Below, in pieces: positions 58,486 to 64,000 of a stretch of 64,000 bases of DNA. How positions within the stretch are numbered: position 1 is the first letter of the stretch; each line of letters starts with the position of its first letter. The DNA lies in contig CAVNZM010000002.1 in assembly GCA_963693365.1 (NCBI GenBank), forward strand, positions 9,831,059 through 9,895,058, read 5' to 3'. The DNA is from Amoebidium appalachense. Lineage: Eukaryota > Protista > Ichthyosporea. The notes below the pieces were generated by a model. The model had not been told where the DNA came from. It did not search any database and worked only from the letters and a program-made list of their open reading frames with translations. The position numbers were made by a program, and so were the translations under genes.

Positions 58486-59310
58486 TGCAGGCACAGACAT
58501 TGTGTGTTCGGGAGGGGGGGGGGGGGGGGGGGGGGGGGAGGAGGAGGGAAGGGGGAGGTGGGACGTCTTCAGTTTGTGTGAAGATTAGGGCGGAGGGGTT
58601 AGGTGTTAGGGAGTGTGTAACAAGAGGCTCGTTATCGCGGGTTTTTTTTTTTTTTTTTTTTTTTTTTGAGAAAGGATGTGCGGGTAGTCGTGGGGAAGAA
58701 GGGTGGGACGGGGGGAGAAAGGGGGGGACGGGGGACGGGGGGACGGGGGGAGGGGGGAGAGGTGGGAAAGGGGGACGCGAGGGGGGAAGGGTGGGAGGGG
58801 GAGAGAGAGAGAGAGGGGGGAGGGGGGGGGGGAGAGAGAGGGGGAGGGAGGGAGGGAGGGAGGGAGGGAGGGAGGGGGAGGGAGGGAGGGAGGGAGGGAG
58901 GGAGAGAGAGAGGGAGGAAGGGAGAGAGAGAGGGGAGGAAGGGAGAGAGGGAGGGAGGGAGGAAGGGAGGGAGGGAGGGAGGGAGGGAGGGAGGGAGGGA
59001 GGGAGGGAGGGAGGGAGGGAGGGAGGGAGGGAGGGAGGGAGGGAGGGAGAGAGGGAGGGAGGGAGGGAGGAAGGGAGGGAGGGAGGGAGGGAGGGAGGGA
59101 GGGAGGGAGGGAAGGAGGGTTGGTGGGAGGGAGGCAGGGAGGGAGGGAGGGAGGGAGGGAAGGAGGGTGGGTGGGTGGGAGGCAGGGGGGAGGGAGGGAG
59201 GGAGAGTATGGATCACGCGACTTTGTCTGAAGCGCGGACTTGTATTGGCCTTTTGTCCTTACCTCCAACAATCCCCCTCCCCCTCCCCATCCCCCCCCTC
59301 CCCCTCCCCC

Positions 59311-59344
<34 letters not shown>

Positions 59345-59611
59345 CCTCCCCTTCCCCCTCTTCCTCCTCTTCTCCCCCTTTCCCGTTCGTCTTGGACATG
59401 CACAATGGCAGAAACATAAGGCAGGCGGGCAGGCAAGCGCAAGAGCACAACAACAACAACAACAACAACAACAAAAAAATAAATAAATAAAAAAAAAAAA
59501 CCAGAACTGCACAACATGGGGAGGGATAATGCTATCGAAGGGCTGGTCTTGTTGATGGGGACAGAATTTTTCATATTGGTGGTGGTATATATGGTGATGG
59601 GAATGGGAATG

Positions 59612-59695
<84 letters not shown>

Positions 59696-60074
59696 CGCGC
59701 GCACGCGAGTGCGTGTGTGCCTGAGTGAGTGTGTGAGTGCGAGTCTCACTCTGTAAGTGTGTGTAGTGATGGTGGTGTGGGTGGGTGGGTGGGTGGTTTT
59801 AGTGAGGGAGGGAAGGAGGAGGAGGAAGTGGGTGGGGGGAGGGGGGAGGGGCAGGCGAATGAACCTTTGCTTTTTCAATGCCAAACCACTTTCTGCAAAC
59901 AGCATATAGCGCCCCTGCAGATCAAAAGCCCACACATCAGTCAGTGATTCATGGCCTCTGCGATAAAAATCTGGTGGATACAGGTACCTCGTGGGGAGGT
60001 TAGGGTGTTTTAGTGTTATCTGGGTGGGTGTGCGGGTTGGTGCGTGACTGTGTGTGTGTGTGTGTGTGTGTGCC

Positions 60075-60130
<56 letters not shown>

Positions 60131-60189
60131 CGCGCGGGGGTGTGTGCGTGTGCGTGCGTGCGTGCGTAAGTGTGTGTGTGTGTGTGTGC

Positions 60190-60231
<42 letters not shown>

Positions 60232-60244
60232 CTCCGTGCGCATG

Positions 60245-60328
<84 letters not shown>

Positions 60329-62357
60329 TGTGTGTGTGCGTGTGTGTGTGTGCGTGTGCGTGTGTGTTTTGGGTGCCTGCGTGCGCGTGCATGCGTGTGT
60401 GTGTGCATGTTCATGTGCATGTGCATGTGTGTGTGTGTCATTGTGATTGTGTGTCCACGCTATGGTGTGTTTGTTTGTGTCAACACAAATATGCGCACAT
60501 ATGTGTGTTTTATGAGTTTGCGTCTTAAAATTTTCACGTCTGTGTGCATGTGTGTGAGTCTAGCCTATGTAGCACCTCTTTTTGTGCACCACGATATGTC
60601 TTACCGAGGGTGGAAAAGATGGGGGAGGGTGGGTGGGTGGGTGGGTGGGGGGAGGAGGGGGGGAGGGGGTAAGTGCCTGTTACAGCAGCAAAGAGGAGGG
60701 GCAAAAAAGAAACGAGGGCCATCAGCTGGTGTATCTGCCGGGTGCTGTCTGCCTCCTGCCACTGGGCAGCAGTCGGTAGGCGCCCCTTTAACACCAGACG
60801 GGTGAGCTTGAGCCCTGCACATGCCATATATGGCAAAAAGTGTTAGAGGCGTGTGCGATCATGGTCGGCTGTGGGCTAGCAAAGTCAAAGCCAAAAATTA
60901 TGTGGAGGTAGGTGGAGGAGGACATCTTAGCAGCCAGATAGGCATATGGCGCCTCCTAAATATTGCTATAGACGGTGGAGTGTGGAGGAAAGAAGCGAGG
61001 GGAGGGGGGGGAGGGGGGGAGAGAGAGTGAAACAAAGTGTTACACGTGCATTGGCATTTACATAGAAGACTCCTTGGCTTCTTCTATGCTTGAGATGTCG
61101 TTTATTTCCCGCCTTTTCTTTCTTTTACTCTTTTTCAGTCATATAGGATGTATATGTACACGAGGATTCCATGGTGCCTGGGCGTAAGGAACATAACACA
61201 TCTAAAACCCAACACAACCGCCGCTGTAAAAGCACCTTGTTTTTGCATCATCATGTAAAGCCACACACCTGTAACGAAGAAAACAACACACGCCACGGCC
61301 ACCACTGGAGGATAGACATAGTCCAAACCCAGCACATCCACCTCGTGCAGAACCATGAAGATGTGGGTCTGGTCTTTGGGCAGTGCGGCCCACTTGGCCA
61401 AGATGGTCCATATTGAGCCTGGGAGGGAGAGTGGGTGGGTGGGAGCGAGCGAGCAAGAGAGAGAGCGAGGGAGGGAGGGAGGGAGGGAAAGAGGGAAGGA
61501 GACGGAGTTGGAAGGTGTACAGCTTCTCGATGATAGACAGCATATGGAAAGTCAACCCTGCCTACACAAAAACCGGATGAACTTCTAAGAAAAGACGGAT
61601 GTTCGGCTCAGTGCTTGTGTGCATGAGCTTCCTCACCTTACCCCCTCACTCCCCCCCCCCCCCCCCCCCCCTCTTCCCCTCCCCCCTCCCCCCCCCCCCT
61701 CCCCCTCTCCCCCCCCCCCCCCCCCCCCCAAACACACACACACATGCAACCCTCTCTCCGCTTTCTCCTAAAATCCCTGCAACAGAAAAAAATCTAAAAA
61801 TTCCACATGTGAATATCAAAGATTGTAGGGGGGGGGAAGGGCTGGTACCCTTGGAAAGAAAAGGTTTTGGGGGGAAAAAAAGGTGGAGTTTTTGCCAAGG
61901 GAGATGCTTCATAGTAAAAGAAAAAACAGGGCACAAAGCGTTTGGGGGGATGAAACGTGGGAGGGGGGAAAGCACTAAGATTTTGAGGGTCCAGAGGAAC
62001 GGGGTGAGCGAAAGAAGCCCCGGGGGAGGGAGGGGAGGGGACGAGGGGGGGGTGGGGGGTGGGGGGTGGGTAAGGGGGGTGGGAGGCGGAGGGCAGAGGA
62101 ACAATAAAGATTATTAACAACGAGAGTGACACTAGAAAAAGGAACAAAGCAAGCACCACCGCCGATTATTCGACAAATTCAAACAAGCCAAAAATGTGTA
62201 ATAATCATCAAGGGGAGGACGTTCCAGTGTGCTCTGGCACTCTCTCCCTACTCTGCTCACACACACCTGTTACGGCCAAGAAGCTCAGCAGCAAGGAGAG
62301 CACTGGCGCCAGAAAACGGTGCACCGTCCGCGCTGTCCAGTTATCCGTGAACGCCAT
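57911..62357 (-). CDS. Membrane protein of about 210 aa with two PepSY-TM-like repeats; exons 62357-62267, 61418-61269, 60814-60677, 59914-59865, 58120-57911
   Basis: Exons join in frame: ...[31 protein letters not shown]...[17 protein letters not shown]...FVTG / ...[31 protein letters not shown]...[18 protein letters not shown]...FTG. The internal repeat supports the model; intron 3 requires a GC donor. Confidence 0.8.
58780..59205. repeat. (GGGA)n microsatellite (intronic)
   Basis: Directly visible. Confidence 0.95.
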
Positions 62358-63249
62358 GATGAGAAGGAAATAAGAGGAAACAAGTGGGAAGGGGGGAGGA
62401 GGAGGGGGGGGGCGGAGGGGGGCGGGAGGGTTGTCTAACGAAGGATGGGAGATGGTAAGGGAGAGAAATTTGAACGCCCTGGTGCTGTTGCTGTTGAATG
62501 CAGATGCTCAAGAGGGATCTTCGAGCACTAACCAGAGCCATCTATCCTCAGCTACAAGCATGTCATTGCACCCCCCATGTTTGCTCGTTTTACAGCAAGA
62601 GCACTCCTTTCCACACAGCTCTTCTGCTCTTCAGTCTTGTAAAGAGAGAAAAAGTGTTCCCGCCAAAAAAAAGGTCTTGGTGCATGCTAATCCAATCAGA
62701 TGGGAGGAGAATTGCATGAAGTTGCATGATTTGGAAGATTTCGCAGGATTTTGCATGATTGCGCATACATTTTCGCACTCGCTTCCTATTCGTCTAGCGT
62801 TTTAGGTTTGCCCATTTATAGTAAATTCCCTAGAAAGCCCTTTTTTGGGTTCATTGATTGGTCAGTTGCTCATGTATTTAGCTACATCCCCGTCCGATGG
62901 AATGCGGTTCAGGACCACAAAGAACGATTCGGGTCGTCGAAATCGGGTCGGGGCGGGCGGCCACGCCAAACTGCGGATTTCTCGTTCGGTGTGTGCGCGC
63001 ACACAGAGCAGCCAGACAGACACGCACACGCACGCTTGGGTCTTTCTCCGTGTGGCCACAAGAAGACACAATGGCCCTCGTCCCTTCTCTGTCCGCTGCT
63101 CGCTCGGCCCTGGCTCCCGCCAGGTACTAGCTAGATATATGTGGAGCTGGCACTTTTTTTTTTTTTTTTCCTCCCGAGGAAAATTGTCCATCCGTTCATC
63201 TTTCGCTACACCTCATACTTGTGCTTACTTAGGACGGCAATCCATATAC

Positions 63250-63814
63250 CTGGACCTATTGGGGTTTCATAGATGCTAAGCTTATAATTTTCCTTTGGTC
63301 GAAGGCTCGCTGACGCATCACTGAAGAACATTTGCGGAAGGCGGCACAGACAAAGCAGGAACTGGACAGGAGGGGACGTGGTGCACGTCTCCGTGGAGTC
63401 TATAGCCCCATTATTCGCGAAACATGACCACTGAACATGCGAAACTTAGGTGCAGTTTTCGATCGGTAGTGCTATTTGGAATGGCCAAAGCGTTTGTTTT
63501 TTGCGGGAAAAGACTTAGCTTACGGTCTTGCTCCTCCCCTCCTTCTTGCCAGCGGTATAGAGTTGGCCTATACCGTTGGCAAGAATTGGCGATACTTGAT
63601 ACCTCCTTGATGTAGGGGTGTCATGCACAGCAAACGTTGGTGAAGTAGGCGTGCCTGGGTTTGTGGGTTGGCATTTTTGATGATGGGGATATGACAATTT
63701 TTCATCGAAGAGAGAAGTCCCACCAAAAGCTGCGACGGCAGTGGCGTTTAAATAAATGGTGGGCTCAGCAGGTTTTTGTGGGAGGAGTGCGAAGTAGCAT
63801 GGCAAGGAGCACAA
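63250..63814 (-). CDS. Two possible exons of an unidentified gene (about 63814-63524 and 63430-63250)
   Basis: Open frames joined in phase by a 93-nt GTAAGC...TTCAG intron; no recognisable domain; start and end unresolved. Confidence 0.35.
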
Positions 63815-64000
63815 CAGGTTAAGGTGTAGTCTTTTTTACGGCAGCATTCCTTTTCTCACTCTCATTCATTCGCAGGGCCATGCCCATCCTCGCCGGCCAG
63901 CGTGGAATGGCTACCCTTCAGGAAAGTACGTATCCCCTCTTCCCTCCCAAATGTTGGTCCGTGAATGCATCGTGGCTCCCTCTCCCTTTTTTGGTTCGAA

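Overview
Eukaryotic, repeat-rich genomic DNA with GT-AG introns, long (GT)n/(GA)n tracts and G/C homopolymers; many apparent frameshifts sit in homopolymers and are probably assembly errors. Host genes: two divergently oriented, intronless P2-type ATPase paralogues (the second is a pseudogene), a chondroitin-synthase/GT7-like glycosyltransferase, a 5-exon NAC-alpha gene, and a 5-exon gene missed by the ORF track whose product has two tandem PepSY-TM-like His-containing membrane units. Mobile DNA: (i) a 4.4-kb hAT-type non-autonomous element (8-bp TSD) filled with LINE 3' fragments; (ii) a young full-length copia element (932-bp LTRs, TSD GGAGG); (iii) an 11.8-kb four-LTR structure of a second copia family inside ATPase copy 2, best explained as antisense insertion of the element into its own protease region followed by inversion between inverted LTRs; (iv) MITEs and probable TA-transposon excision footprints. 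All calls come from reading the sequence; no searches were run.
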